Part shown: piece by piece, positions 52,497 through 62,576 of the stretch
Layout: every line of letters begins with the position of its first letter
How positions within the stretch are numbered: the stretch's first letter is position 1
Assembly (NCBI GenBank): GCA_020697715.1
Contig: JAEHCO010000005.1
Location: 32,001 to 96,000 of the forward strand
Reading direction: 5' to 3'
DNA from: Methanobacteriota archaeon
GTDB lineage: Archaea > Thermoplasmatota > Thermoplasmata > SG8-5 > JAGLSY01
Length of the DNA: 64,000 nucleotides
Translations under genes and position numbers: made by a program
Notes under the pieces: generated by a model
What the model was told of the DNA's origin: nothing
Seen by the model: the letters and a program-made list of their open reading frames with translations, nothing else
The model's database searches: none

Positions 52497-53396
52497 ATGA
52501 TAGATATATTACTGGTATGGGGGATCATAATAGCTTCCCTATTGTACGTGGCCTGGAAAAAGGCTTACATGAGCCAGATATTAATTATTGCCAATTTCAT
52601 CATATTCATCTACTACATCATACTGGATCAGACCGATATCGTAAGAGCTTACTACATGGTGGATGATCTCACTTTCGTGCCTGCCAGATTGGGAGATCTA
52701 GAACACGCGCACACGCTCATAACATCGATGTTCATGCACGCCAATGGCTTCCATATTCTGGGAAATTGTCTTTTCCTCTACCTGCTGGGTATGCCACTGG
52801 AGGAAAGGATCGGAACAAAGAGATGGACGATCCTGTATTTCTCGACCGGGATAGTCGCCACTTTCAGCTTCTACATGCTCAATATGGATTCGACTGGCCA
52901 TCTTCTGGGGGCATCTGGAGCCATCTTCGGCATTGCTGGCTCCCTGCTCATACTCTATCCCAAAGACAAGGTGCTGCTTCCCATACCACTCTTCTTCATC
53001 ATGCTTTTCAGAAGAGTGAGGGTTTGGATAGCTGTTGGTCTTTTGTTCGTTATAGAGACCATAATGGTCGTGATATCCAGCCAGGACGGAGTGGCGCATA
53101 TCGCTCATGTTGGTGGTCTGATAGCTGGTATATTCCTGGCCCCGATGATATTCGAAAGAACAAGAACAGAATCAGAAAAAGATATCGACCTATCCAGCCT
53201 CAAGGAAATTGCCACCACACAGAAGGAATTGGAAATACTGGATAAGATCGAGACCGAGGATGTTGAGGATATCAGAAAGGTGTGGGTGGACGAGTTCTTC
53301 AAGGTAGCCACTTGCCCGGATTGCTCCCGACCACTTGAGAAAGTTTCTGGGAAGATCAAGTGCGAGTGCGGACGGGAATTCAAGGTGCTGAAATAG
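52497..53396 (+). CDS. Rhomboid intramembrane serine protease with C-terminal Zn ribbon
   Basis: SMFMHAN..HI.GN, GASGA, AHIAHVGG, CPDC...CEC. Confidence 0.92.
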   Translation: MIDILLVWGIIIASLLYVAWKKAYMSQILIIANFIIFIYYIILDQTDIVRAYYMVDDLTFVPARLGDLEHAHTLITSMFMHANGFHILGNCLFLYLLGMPLEERIGTKRWTILYFSTGIVATFSFYMLNMDSTGHLLGASGAIFGIAGSLLILYPKDKVLLPIPLFFIMLFRRVRVWIAVGLLFVIETIMVVISSQDGVAHIAHVGGLIAGIFLAPMIFERTRTESEKDIDLSSLKEIATTQKELEILDKIETEDVEDIRKVWVDEFFKVATCPDCSRPLEKVSGKIKCECGREFKVLK

Positions 53397-53408
53397 ATTA
53401 TTTCAGGT

Positions 53409-54059
53409 TTATTTCTCACCCTTCGCCTTCTCAATAATATCCTCAAATTTCTTAACACTGGCCTCAATATCATCAGTGGCAACTGTCGCACTGATGGCGC
53501 AGACAGAATCCGCACCCGCTTTCACAACACTTTCCAGATTATCCAGGTTAATACCCCCGATCGCTATAACTGGTAGATCGGTGGCCTTTCTGAACTCCGT
53601 GATGCCGGCCAACCCAAGAGGCTGGCCAATATCCGCCTTTGTTTTTGTGAAGAAGACCGGGCTCACCGCGATATAGTCCGCGCCCTTTTCTTCAGCTTCT
53701 GAGACATCGGCCAGTGTGCTGCAGGATATGCCAATTATGCCATTCGGGAAAATGCGCCTCGCTTCCTCCAGGGGCATGTCCGATTGCCCAAGATGAACAC
53801 CATCGGCATCCACATCCAGGGCGATCTCCACGCTATTGTTTATCAGAAGATGAACACCAGCTTTTTTACACATGTTGATAAGTATCCTTGCCTCGGCCAT
53901 CATTTCTGTTTTGGATCGGTTCTTTTCCCGATACTGGATGACCCTGGCTCCGCCCATTATCGCATCATGCACGTCCTTCATGCAATCCTGCTTTGTGAGA
54001 TTGGAATCTGTGATGAAATAGAAGTTCCAGTTTATTTCATTATCACTTTTACTCGACAT
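53409..54059 (-). CDS. thiE: Thiamine-phosphate synthase
   Basis: QYREK, ADGVHLGQSD, ADYI..SPVFFTKTK, AIGGI. Confidence 0.95.
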   Translation of the reverse strand: MSSKSDNEINWNFYFITDSNLTKQDCMKDVHDAIMGGARVIQYREKNRSKTEMMAEARILINMCKKAGVHLLINNSVEIALDVDADGVHLGQSDMPLEEARRIFPNGIIGISCSTLADVSEAEEKGADYIAVSPVFFTKTKADIGQPLGLAGITEFRKATDLPVIAIGGINLDNLESVVKAGADSVCAISATVATDDIEASVKKFEDIIEKAKGEK

Positions 54060-54858
54060 CCGCATTCGCTCCTTTGCGGATGTCCTCTGGACCGATATTC
54101 ATAATGCTGTCGAACATGTGCATCTTCATAGTGCCTGGCCCACTTGCCTTTTCAGCTGCCATCTCGCCCGCGATGCCGTATACGACCATCGCGTTTGCGG
54201 CTGATTGAGTAGGGTTATCACTGATAGCGACGAAAGCTCCGATCACTGAAGCGGCCATGCAGCCAGTCCCAACAACCTCGCCCATCCTGGCATGTCCATT
54301 CCTGATCTTGAACACCCTTCTGCCATCGGTGATGATATCTTCTACACCTGTAACGACCACGGTGCAACCAGCATTGTCGGCCAGTGACTTCGCATGAGAT
54401 ACCACGTCCCCATCATGGGAGATCGACTCAACTCCACGAACCTCGGCCTGAGCTCCGGCCAATGTAGCTATCTCGCCCGCATTGCCCTTTATCACGGTAA
54501 TCTGGACTTGATCCAGTATCTTCCGCGTGCTCTCGGTTCGAAGTGTTGTGGCTCCGGCTCCGACAGCATCCAATATGACTGGCTTGTGAAGGCTATTGGC
54601 CTTTTTACCAGCCTGGATCATGGCGTGTATCAGCTCGGGAGTGAGTGTTCCGATGTTCAGAACGAGGGAATTGGCTATACCTACCATTTCCTCCACTTCA
54701 TCTTCCGCATGTGCCATGACGGGGTAAGCGCCCAGACTTCGGGTCATGCTCGCGCACTCGGATATCGTCACCCAGTTGGTTATGTGATGTACCAACGGAG
54801 GTACCTCTCTCAGAAATTCCAGATCACTTACTGCGGATTCTACTTTGAAATTTGTCAT
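54049..54858 (-). CDS. thiM: Hydroxyethylthiazole kinase
   Basis: PLVHHITNWV, LNIGTL, LDAVGAGAT, IKGNAGEI, GTGCM. Confidence 0.95.
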   Translation of the reverse strand: MTNFKVESAVSDLEFLREVPPLVHHITNWVTISECASMTRSLGAYPVMAHAEDEVEEMVGIANSLVLNIGTLTPELIHAMIQAGKKANSLHKPVILDAVGAGATTLRTESTRKILDQVQITVIKGNAGEIATLAGAQAEVRGVESISHDGDVVSHAKSLADNAGCTVVVTGVEDIITDGRRVFKIRNGHARMGEVVGTGCMAASVIGAFVAISDNPTQSAANAMVVYGIAGEMAAEKASGPGTMKMHMFDSIMNIGPEDIRKGANADVE

Positions 54859-54872
54859 TCATATCACCTATT

Positions 54873-54900
54873 GGGTTCACCTATCAGAATTGGTGAACCC
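54873..54900 (-). promoter_or_regulatory. 9-bp hairpin immediately upstream of the thiM SD
   Basis: On the minus strand: GGGTTCACC-N10-GGTGAACCC, then AATAGGTGATATGA-ATG. Confidence 0.5.
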
Positions 54901-54982
54901 TGTATGTGGCGGTGAATCTGACCATGGCTAATAAATGTTGTCAGTTAACAATGAATAAGACCATTTGGAATACATGGATGGA

Positions 54983-57949
54983 TCAGTCGACCTTGACCAG
55001 CCAGACCTTGAGCATGCGCTTGTCGATCGTCCATTCCTTGAAGGCCCCATCTGGTAGCTCGCCAATGACCATCTCATCGGCCAATATCTCGCGGCCGATG
55101 TAGTCCTTGTTCTGTTCGATGGCATTCACCATCTCGTCATCGCCATCGAAGCCGATCTTTATACGCTGGTCGTACTGGAGGTCCTCGTCCTTCCTGAGGC
55201 TCTGTATTCTGCGGACGACATCTCTAGCAATTCCCTCGCTTGCCAGTTCCGGTGTGAGCTCCATATCGATGAAGACCTTGAAGCCCTGGCCCTCTGCGAT
55301 CGCCGCATTTGCCATATCTGGATCTGTGGCGGAGAATTCCATGGATTTGACATTTAATTCCTCTTGTACCAGGGGAATTAACTCATCATACAATTGCTCG
55401 CCTTCCATGACGACGACAGCCTTCGAAAGTGGTTGTCGTAGCTTGGATCCAGATGTCTGTCTCGCATTTCTGCCGGTCTCGGACATCTTCCTGGAAAGGG
55501 TCATCATCCTTTCCAGTTCCATGTCGATAAGACTTTTATCGGATTCGGGATATGATGTCAGATGTACACTGGTTGGGGCATCCTTATCAATGCCAACTAC
55601 CAAATTCTGATACATAGCTTCAGCCAGATAAGGGGTGAAGGGAGCCATCATCCTGGCCGTGTCCACCAGCACCCTGTAAAGTGAAGAATATGCGGAATTC
55701 TTATCCTCATCCACATTCTCTGTCCAGAATCGGCGACGGGAACGGCGTACATACCAGTTGCTCAGATCATCAATGAAATCGAATATCGCTCTAACTGATT
55801 TATGAAGCTCCATTTTTTGAATTCCGCTTTGTACTGCGGAATTCGCACTCTGCAACCTGGACAATATCCACTTGTCCAGCAGATGCACTGGCTCGCTCTC
55901 GTTCCTTGGATCGAAACCATCCAGATTCGCATTGGAAACATAGAATGAATACACGTTCCATAGTGTATTCATCACCTTGCTATGTGCTTCCTTGAGCGAT
56001 GCATCACTGAACTTCTGGTTGGTCCAGCATGGCGCGGATAGAAGTGCTATTCGTGTAGCATCCGCCCCAGACTTGTCAAATGTCTCATGAGCATCGACCG
56101 ACGTGCCCTTGGACTTGGACATCTTCTGCCCGTCATTATTGAGCAGGAGACCCTGTGTCAGGCACTTCTTGTAAGGTGAAGTTCCAAAGGTCGCTGTATT
56201 GACCGCCAGCAAGGTGTAGAACCATCCACGCGTTTGGTCGATGGCCTCGGTTATGAAGTCCGCTGGATAGGAGGTGTCGAATAGCTCCTTGTTCTCAAAT
56301 GGATAGTGGAATTGTGCGAAAGGAGCGGAGCCTGAATCATACCAGGTGTCTATGACGTATTCCTCTCTCGTCATCCTTTTTCCGCAATCTGGACATGGTA
56401 TGTTCAGATCGTCCACCCATGGTCTGTGGGGCTCGAAATCATCGGGAAGATCTCCCGCCATCTTCTTCAATTCCTCAAAGCTCCCGATGCATATCTCCTT
56501 GGAGCAATCGCATCTCCAGACCGGAAGTGGTGTTCCCCAGAACCTGTTCCTGCTCAGAGCCCAATCCTTCAGTTCATCAAGGAAATTACCAAAGCGTCCG
56601 TCCTTGAGATGCTCTGGCTTCCATTCGATCGTCTGATTGTTCGCAACCATCTCATCCCTTAATTGAGACATGCGGATGAACCACGAATCCAATCCGTAAT
56701 ATAGAAGTGGTGAATCACATCTCCAACAATACGGATAGCTATGAACGTAATTCTCATCCTTATACAATCTATTATTATCATCAAGGTGGACCAATATCTC
56801 CACATCCAGGCCCTTCTTTTTAACAAAGCTACCCTGCCATTGTGTGACCAATTCGTTAAACTTTCCTTCCATGTCCACGGTATGCTTGGCCGGCAACCCG
56901 ATCTTCATTCCCAGATTGTAATCGTCCTCACCGTACATGACGGCTGTATGAACCACGCCAGTACCTTCTTCGGTGGTTACGAAGTCGGCAGCGACGACTT
57001 CGTAAGCCTTCTTGCCTTCCTCACGGAGGTCCATGAAGTCGAAAAGTGGATGATATTTCCATCCAATCATTTCCTCGCCTTTGATTACACCCAGTAGTTC
57101 GTGATCACCCTCTATCACCTTCTCGACGAGGTCCATGGCGAGAAGTAGTTTCTCTCCCTTCTGCTCCACTATTGCATAATCGATGTCCTTGCCAACTGCC
57201 AGTGCGACATTGCCCGGTAATGTCCAGGGTGTGGTCGTCCATGCCAGGATGGATGCCTCTGGCCCAAGTTTATCTTGATCATACTCGGATAATTTGAATT
57301 TGAGTGTGGCTGAAAGCTCCTTCACGTCCTTGTAGCCCTGCGCGACTTCATGACTTGACAGTGGCGTCCCGCATCTGGGGCAGTAAGGAACTATGTAATG
57401 CCCTTTCTCCAACAATCCCTTATCATAGATCGTCTTGAGGGACCACCAGACACTCTCGATGTAATTATCATCCATGGTGATATAGGGGTCTTCCATGTCG
57501 ATCCAGAAGCCCAATCGTTCTGACATGGCCTTCCATTTCCCCTCATATTTCATGACGGATTTTCTGCAAAGGCGGTTGAACTCCGCTACTCCGAATTCCA
57601 CTACCTGGGTCTTTGATCTCAGACCCAGTTCCTTTTCCACGCCTATCTCGACAGGCAAGCCATGGCAATCCCAACCGCCTTTCCATGGGAACACGTGATA
57701 TCCTTTCATCGCGTGGTATCTTAGAAAAACATCTTTGATCGCACGGCCAGCAGAATGCCCAATGTGGGGAATACCATTGGCAGTTGGCGGGCCTTCCAGG
57801 AATATGAACTTCTCATTACCCTGGTTCTTGGCGCGCAGCTTACCGAATATGTCATTCGCCTTCCATTGGCTAAGTGTCTCCTCCTCCTGCTTCGGAAAGG
57901 AGACAAAGGTCGGTACATCAGCAAAGATTTTATCTATTTCAGAACCCAT
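54983..57949 (-). CDS. ileS: Isoleucyl-tRNA synthetase
   Basis: EGPPTANGIPHIGH, GWDCHGLP, WTTTPWTLP, SRNRFWGTP, DQTRGWFY, KMSKS. Confidence 0.97.
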   Translation of the reverse strand: MGSEIDKIFADVPTFVSFPKQEEETLSQWKANDIFGKLRAKNQGNEKFIFLEGPPTANGIPHIGHSAGRAIKDVFLRYHAMKGYHVFPWKGGWDCHGLPVEIGVEKELGLRSKTQVVEFGVAEFNRLCRKSVMKYEGKWKAMSERLGFWIDMEDPYITMDDNYIESVWWSLKTIYDKGLLEKGHYIVPYCPRCGTPLSSHEVAQGYKDVKELSATLKFKLSEYDQDKLGPEASILAWTTTPWTLPGNVALAVGKDIDYAIVEQKGEKLLLAMDLVEKVIEGDHELLGVIKGEEMIGWKYHPLFDFMDLREEGKKAYEVVAADFVTTEEGTGVVHTAVMYGEDDYNLGMKIGLPAKHTVDMEGKFNELVTQWQGSFVKKKGLDVEILVHLDDNNRLYKDENYVHSYPYCWRCDSPLLYYGLDSWFIRMSQLRDEMVANNQTIEWKPEHLKDGRFGNFLDELKDWALSRNRFWGTPLPVWRCDCSKEICIGSFEELKKMAGDLPDDFEPHRPWVDDLNIPCPDCGKRMTREEYVIDTWYDSGSAPFAQFHYPFENKELFDTSYPADFITEAIDQTRGWFYTLLAVNTATFGTSPYKKCLTQGLLLNNDGQKMSKSKGTSVDAHETFDKSGADATRIALLSAPCWTNQKFSDASLKEAHSKVMNTLWNVYSFYVSNANLDGFDPRNESEPVHLLDKWILSRLQSANSAVQSGIQKMELHKSVRAIFDFIDDLSNWYVRRSRRRFWTENVDEDKNSAYSSLYRVLVDTARMMAPFTPYLAEAMYQNLVVGIDKDAPTSVHLTSYPESDKSLIDMELERMMTLSRKMSETGRNARQTSGSKLRQPLSKAVVVMEGEQLYDELIPLVQEELNVKSMEFSATDPDMANAAIAEGQGFKVFIDMELTPELASEGIARDVVRRIQSLRKDEDLQYDQRIKIGFDGDDEMVNAIEQNKDYIGREILADEMVIGELPDGAFKEWTIDKRMLKVWLVKVD

Positions 57950-58000
57950 GAAAAAAACCTCCAGAAAAGATATCTGGCATGAGCTGGGCGAACGGTCACT

Positions 58001-58030
58001 TTATCTAATTATGATCGTGGCTGAGCTCAT
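58001..58030 (-). promoter_or_regulatory. Putative ileS leader peptide uORF MSSATIIIR
   Basis: ATG AGC TCA GCC ACG ATC ATA ATT AGA TAA, about 28 nt downstream of BRE-TATA (CGAAAAACCTATATATT, 58051-58067). Confidence 0.65.
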
Positions 58031-58157
58031 TAGTCGTGGTAAGAAGGTACAATATATAGGTTTTTCGTAGAGGCGGAAGTTCAATAATTTCAATAGAGGT
58101 TAACCTAGACGTTCTGTTGAAGTTCATGTACGATCAATCTACTGGACACCTCGAAGA

Positions 58158-58385
58158 CTAATCCTCGGCTTCTTCAGAAACTAATGGCCTCAGCATTCTG
58201 CCACTCGATATTCTAGGAGTGGCACTTCCTACTGGCCAGAACATCTCGTCAAAGGCTATACGGTACTCGTCATACAGAATGTCCATTTCATCAAATAATG
58301 CATATGGCTTTCCTTCGAACTCCTTTTTCCCCCTCTTTCTAGAAGGGGCATATATTAGATCTCCTGATTCGTCATATATGTCTAT
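58158..58385 (-). pseudogene. 75-codon open frame without a canonical start (ATA after an SD-like GGGGGTTGA); small protein or gene remnant
   Basis: Reads IDIYDESGDLIYAPSRKRGKKEFEGKPYALFDEMDILYDEYRIAFDEMFWP...EEAED*; not in the supplied ORF track. Confidence 0.35.
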
Positions 58386-58565
58386 ATTTCAACCCCCTTT
58401 TCCACAATTTACAATTCGAATATAAATTGTGTGTAATTAACAATTCTTAGGATATCTATATAATACTTTTTCATGCGATTGAGAAAAGGTTAATTTTTCT
58501 TTGGGTATCTGGGATATCCCATATCGCTTTTATATTCTCTGAAGCGATATCTGGGTTGATAATAG

Positions 58566-59531
58566 ATGATAGGCGAATTATTACTAATGATACTGGGCTT
58601 CTTTTTATTGTGGAAAGGAAGCGATCTGACGGTTGACGCGTCCAAGAATCTGGCAACCAAGTTCGGGATATCCCATGCGGTGATAGGCCTGACCCTGGTG
58701 TCTGTTGGCACCTCCCTTCCCGAGATATTCACCAATGTGTATACCGGCCTCCGGGTCAATGCAGGGGCCGAGGTCAGCGGGATCGCGGTCGGTATGATCC
58801 TGGGCAGCCAGATATCGCAGATCACTTTCATTCTCGGAGCCGCAGCTCTGGTGGGCATCATGTATGCCAGTGAGTTCACTTTCAAGCGCGATGTGCCAAT
58901 GATGTTCGTGGCCATCGCCATGTTCTTCATGGTGGGATTGGATGGCCAAGTAACTCGTGTGGAGGGAGTGATGCTGATCACCATCTACCTTGTTTATTTG
59001 TTCCTGATAAACAAGCAAGACCATGTTGCTGGCAATATCAAAAATGAGATGAAGAACGGAAATCACAAAGAGATCAGCACTAGCAAGCAGGCGGGCATGG
59101 CCATTGTAGGACTGGTCATTCTCATAATCGGGGGAATATTCGTTGTGGACAATGCGGAGATCCTCGCCGGGGAATTCGGAGTTTCAAACACACTTATCGG
59201 TATACTGGTCATCGGGCCAGGAGCTGCATTGCCAGAGCTATCCGTGGCTGTATCCGGCATGAAAAAGGAGGCAGAGGGCATCTCATTGGGCGCGCTTATC
59301 GGTTCCAATATCACAGACCCGCTCCTGTCATTCGGAGCAGGAGTGGTGGTGGCTGGCTATGCCTTTGACCAGAATCTTTTGTGGTTCGACATACCTTACT
59401 GGACCATGGCAACGGCGATCGCCGTCACCCTAATGTGGCCAGGCAAGAGGATCGGCAGGCTGAAGATCACTGGTGTTATCCTCATTTCACTCTTCCTGGT
59501 GTACGCGGCTTTGAAGCTGATGATGTTGTGA
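58566..59531 (+). CDS. Calcium/sodium antiporter (CaCA, YrbG-like)
   Basis: GLTLVSVGTSLPE and GAALPEL...GALIGSNI alpha repeats. Confidence 0.92.
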   Translation: MIGELLLMILGFFLLWKGSDLTVDASKNLATKFGISHAVIGLTLVSVGTSLPEIFTNVYTGLRVNAGAEVSGIAVGMILGSQISQITFILGAAALVGIMYASEFTFKRDVPMMFVAIAMFFMVGLDGQVTRVEGVMLITIYLVYLFLINKQDHVAGNIKNEMKNGNHKEISTSKQAGMAIVGLVILIIGGIFVVDNAEILAGEFGVSNTLIGILVIGPGAALPELSVAVSGMKKEAEGISLGALIGSNITDPLLSFGAGVVVAGYAFDQNLLWFDIPYWTMATAIAVTLMWPGKRIGRLKITGVILISLFLVYAALKLMML

Positions 59532-59581
59532 TTTTTGGCTTAAAGCTTTTATAGACAAATCACATTTTGAGGATTGAGATA

Positions 59582-59902
59582 ATGGGATCCGACGAGGCAA
59601 AGATAGAGAAAAAGAGACTCAAGGCGGAGCAGAAGGCCAAGAAGAAGGCGGCCAAAGCAGAGGAAAAAGAAGATAGCCAGCCTGTAGAATCTGAGAAACA
59701 GCAGGCTGTTGAAAAGCCTGCTGTCATAGAATCTTCTTCAGTTCCTGTACCACAAATACAGCTAGAACCTATACCACAGCCAAAGATAGTAGTCGAGATG
59801 CCCCACGTGCCCTGGTACAAGGATCCTAGATGGATCAGTGCCATCATCGGAGCAGTTAGCTTATCGCTGGCATTGATAAGTATTTTCACGGATTGGCTGT
59901 AG
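59582..59902 (+). CDS. Hypothetical protein with Lys/Ala/Glu-rich N-terminus and C-terminal TM
   Basis: ORF composition; PWYKDPRW followed by a hydrophobic tail. Confidence 0.55.
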   Translation: MGSDEAKIEKKRLKAEQKAKKKAAKAEEKEDSQPVESEKQQAVEKPAVIESSSVPVPQIQLEPIPQPKIVVEMPHVPWYKDPRWISAIIGAVSLSLALISIFTDWL

Positions 59903-60120
59903 TTTAATAAGGCCAGAAAGAAAAGGATTGAAGTATCTTATAACAGATGTAGCAAAAGGCTATTACCAATATATAGGGCAGAATTCCAGTACTGGAAATA
60001 CCTCTTATTTTTTTCCTAGGAACAGTATATTGTGGGGATTGAATATGAACTCCTTTACTAGACATCATATTGAATAATGGTTAATGATTATTTAAAGCAT
60101 ACTTGGGCTTTCCCTGAAAT

Positions 60121-61263
60121 TTATTCCCGCAATACCTGCCCAGCGATGACCATCTTCTGGACCTCGCTGGTCCCCTCGTATATCTCGGTTATTTTAGCCT
60201 CACGGTACATCCTTTCTACTGCGTAATCCTTGATGTATCCGTAACCACCGTGTATCTGGACAGCGTCACTGGTGACTTCTCTGGCGATCTTGGAAGCGTA
60301 CAGCTTGGCCATCGCGCTTTCTTTGCTGAACCTCGCTCCCTGGTCTTTCAGGTGTGCAGCCCTATAAACGAGATACCTGGCGGCCTCGATCTTTGTCGAC
60401 ATGTCAGCCAGCATCCACTGGATAGCCTGGAATTTACCAATTGGCCTTCCGAACTGCTCGCGCTCCTTCGCATACTTGATGGACTCTTCCATCGCCCCTT
60501 CAGCAATGCCAAGTGCCTGGGCCGCAATACCTATCCTGCCACCGTCCAGCGTGGTCATTCCGACCTTGAAGCCATCTCCTTCCTTGCCGAGTAGATTTTC
60601 CTTTGGAACTCGGCAATTCTCGAATACAAGCTCGGAAGTCGCGGAAGCCCTGACACCCATCTTGTCCTCCACAGTTCCGTAAGTGTAGCCAGGAGTTCCC
60701 TTTTCAACAATTATCGTGCTCAATCCCTTGGTTCCCTTCGAAGGGTCTGTGGAAACTATAATGATGGCGACATCGGCCTCGCAGCCACTGGTGATGAATA
60801 TTTTGTCGCCATTTATGACATAATCATCCCCATCAAGAACGGCCTTTGTTCTAACCGCGCCAGCATCGGAACCCGCGCTTGGTTCTGTAAGCGCGAAGGC
60901 ACCCAGTTTCTCACCACGTGCCAGTGGTTTGAGGAATTTCTCTTTCTGCTCGGGTGTCCCGAACTTATAAATTGGATAGCAGCAGACCGAATTATGCACC
61001 GCCATGATCACACTGGTACTGGCACAAACTTTGGCGATCTCCTCGATAACAATAGCGTAAGAAATGGAATCCACACCAGCTCCACCATATTCCTTCGGAA
61101 CTGCCAATCCGAGCATATTGAGCTTGCCCATTTTCTTCAGCACGTCCCATGGAAACTCTCCGCTCATGTCTATATCATGAGCGATTGGCTTGACCTCTTC
61201 CTCGGCAAAGCGCCTGGCCATCGTGCGAACCATTTCCTGTTCCTTAGTAAGATTGAAATCCAT
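60121..61263 (-). CDS. Acyl-CoA dehydrogenase (short/branched-chain type)
   Basis: [47 protein letters not shown]. Confidence 0.95.
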   Translation of the reverse strand: MDFNLTKEQEMVRTMARRFAEEEVKPIAHDIDMSGEFPWDVLKKMGKLNMLGLAVPKEYGGAGVDSISYAIVIEEIAKVCASTSVIMAVHNSVCCYPIYKFGTPEQKEKFLKPLARGEKLGAFALTEPSAGSDAGAVRTKAVLDGDDYVINGDKIFITSGCEADVAIIIVSTDPSKGTKGLSTIIVEKGTPGYTYGTVEDKMGVRASATSELVFENCRVPKENLLGKEGDGFKVGMTTLDGGRIGIAAQALGIAEGAMEESIKYAKEREQFGRPIGKFQAIQWMLADMSTKIEAARYLVYRAAHLKDQGARFSKESAMAKLYASKIAREVTSDAVQIHGGYGYIKDYAVERMYREAKITEIYEGTSEVQKMVIAGQVLRE

Positions 61264-61335
61264 TTTATCCACTTCCGCATGCTGTTATTGGACTTGGGAA
61301 CTTATGATTAGATAAATATCTTTTGAGAATCTTAT

Positions 61336-62439
61336 CTACTTTCGAACAACGATCGAAAGCACATCCTCATCTTTCAAAACATGACCGATGGACACTCTCT
61401 GGCCAGGGAACTTCGCGCTTGGTCCCCAGACTCTGGCATACCTGAATTTTTCACGGAAGTCGCGATGTAGGTAGTCGCAAACAATACCAACTGTCGAATC
61501 CTCTTTGATAACCAGTGGTTCTATCAGATCCGCATCCTGGCCTTGCGGTTTGAGGAATATCCTGACGAACTGGCATATATCGAATATTTCTTGTTTGAAT
61601 TGCTCGATCATAAGATCCTTTTCCGCGGACATCCTGAAGACATTCCAGCCGTCCAGTGCCTCGATCACCTTGTCCACCTCTTCCTTTGGAAGCAGATCAA
61701 TTTTATTCAGAACGACTATGGCATCGACATATACTTTATTCCCGGATAGATAATCGATAAGCTGGTCCTCATCGATATCCTCCCTCAGGACGATATCGGC
61801 ATTGATTATTCCATAAGAGGACATGATGTTCTTGACCATTTCCTCATCCATCTTGGTCATTTCCACGGTGTGATTGACATTCAGGCCACCCCTAAAGCTC
61901 TTGTAGATCTTGATATCCACTGGCTTGGAATTGATACGCATGCCAGCCTTGTAAAGTTCACGGACAATGATATCGATGTCATAACGGAAGACATCGACCA
62001 TCAGAATGAGGAGATCCGCGCTTCTAGCGGCCGCGATTACCTCTCTGCCACGCCCTTTTCCCTTGGACGCGTCCTTGATTATACCCGGAAGATCCAGTAT
62101 CTGGACCTTCGCGCCCTGGTAATCCATTATTCCAGGCACGACATCCAGGGTGGTGAATTCATAACGACCGACTTCACTGGTGGCATCGGTTATCTTATTG
62201 AGAAGGGTTGATTTTCCCACGGATGGAAATCCCACGAGAGCGACTGTGGCATTGCCAGATTTCTTCACGGCATATGATTTACCGCCACCCGAGCTGGCTG
62301 CCCTTCTTTTTTCCTGATCGTCCTTTAGCCTCGCCATCTTGGCCTTCAGTTTGCCAATATGATGCTGGGTGTTCTTGTTATACTTCGTCTTCGCAAGCTC
62401 TGCCTCGATATCCGCTATCTGTTCATCAATATTGCCCAT
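61336..62439 (-). CDS. DRG/OBG-family GTPase with TGS domain
   Basis: HHIGKLKAK, GFPSVGKST, YEFTT, DLPGII, NKID, WGPSAKFPGQRV. Confidence 0.95.
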   Translation of the reverse strand: MGNIDEQIADIEAELAKTKYNKNTQHHIGKLKAKMARLKDDQEKRRAASSGGGKSYAVKKSGNATVALVGFPSVGKSTLLNKITDATSEVGRYEFTTLDVVPGIMDYQGAKVQILDLPGIIKDASKGKGRGREVIAAARSADLLILMVDVFRYDIDIIVRELYKAGMRINSKPVDIKIYKSFRGGLNVNHTVEMTKMDEEMVKNIMSSYGIINADIVLREDIDEDQLIDYLSGNKVYVDAIVVLNKIDLLPKEEVDKVIEALDGWNVFRMSAEKDLMIEQFKQEIFDICQFVRIFLKPQGQDADLIEPLVIKEDSTVGIVCDYLHRDFREKFRYARVWGPSAKFPGQRVSIGHVLKDEDVLSIVVRK

Positions 62440-62576
62440 GTTCAATCCGAGGATATGGGGATTGGTTATAAAATTTGTTCATGAATATGTACTATTTTTT
62501 TATCAAATACCATAATTCGAAGATATCATGGTTCCGGGATTAATTTATTATCCCCGGGTAATTATGGTTGGACATC

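Noticed and set aside
54859-54982. Canonical TPP riboswitch upstream of thiM
   Set aside because: The conserved CUGAGA and CCUGA...AUNCNNGCGNAGG core is not visible and the leader is too short.
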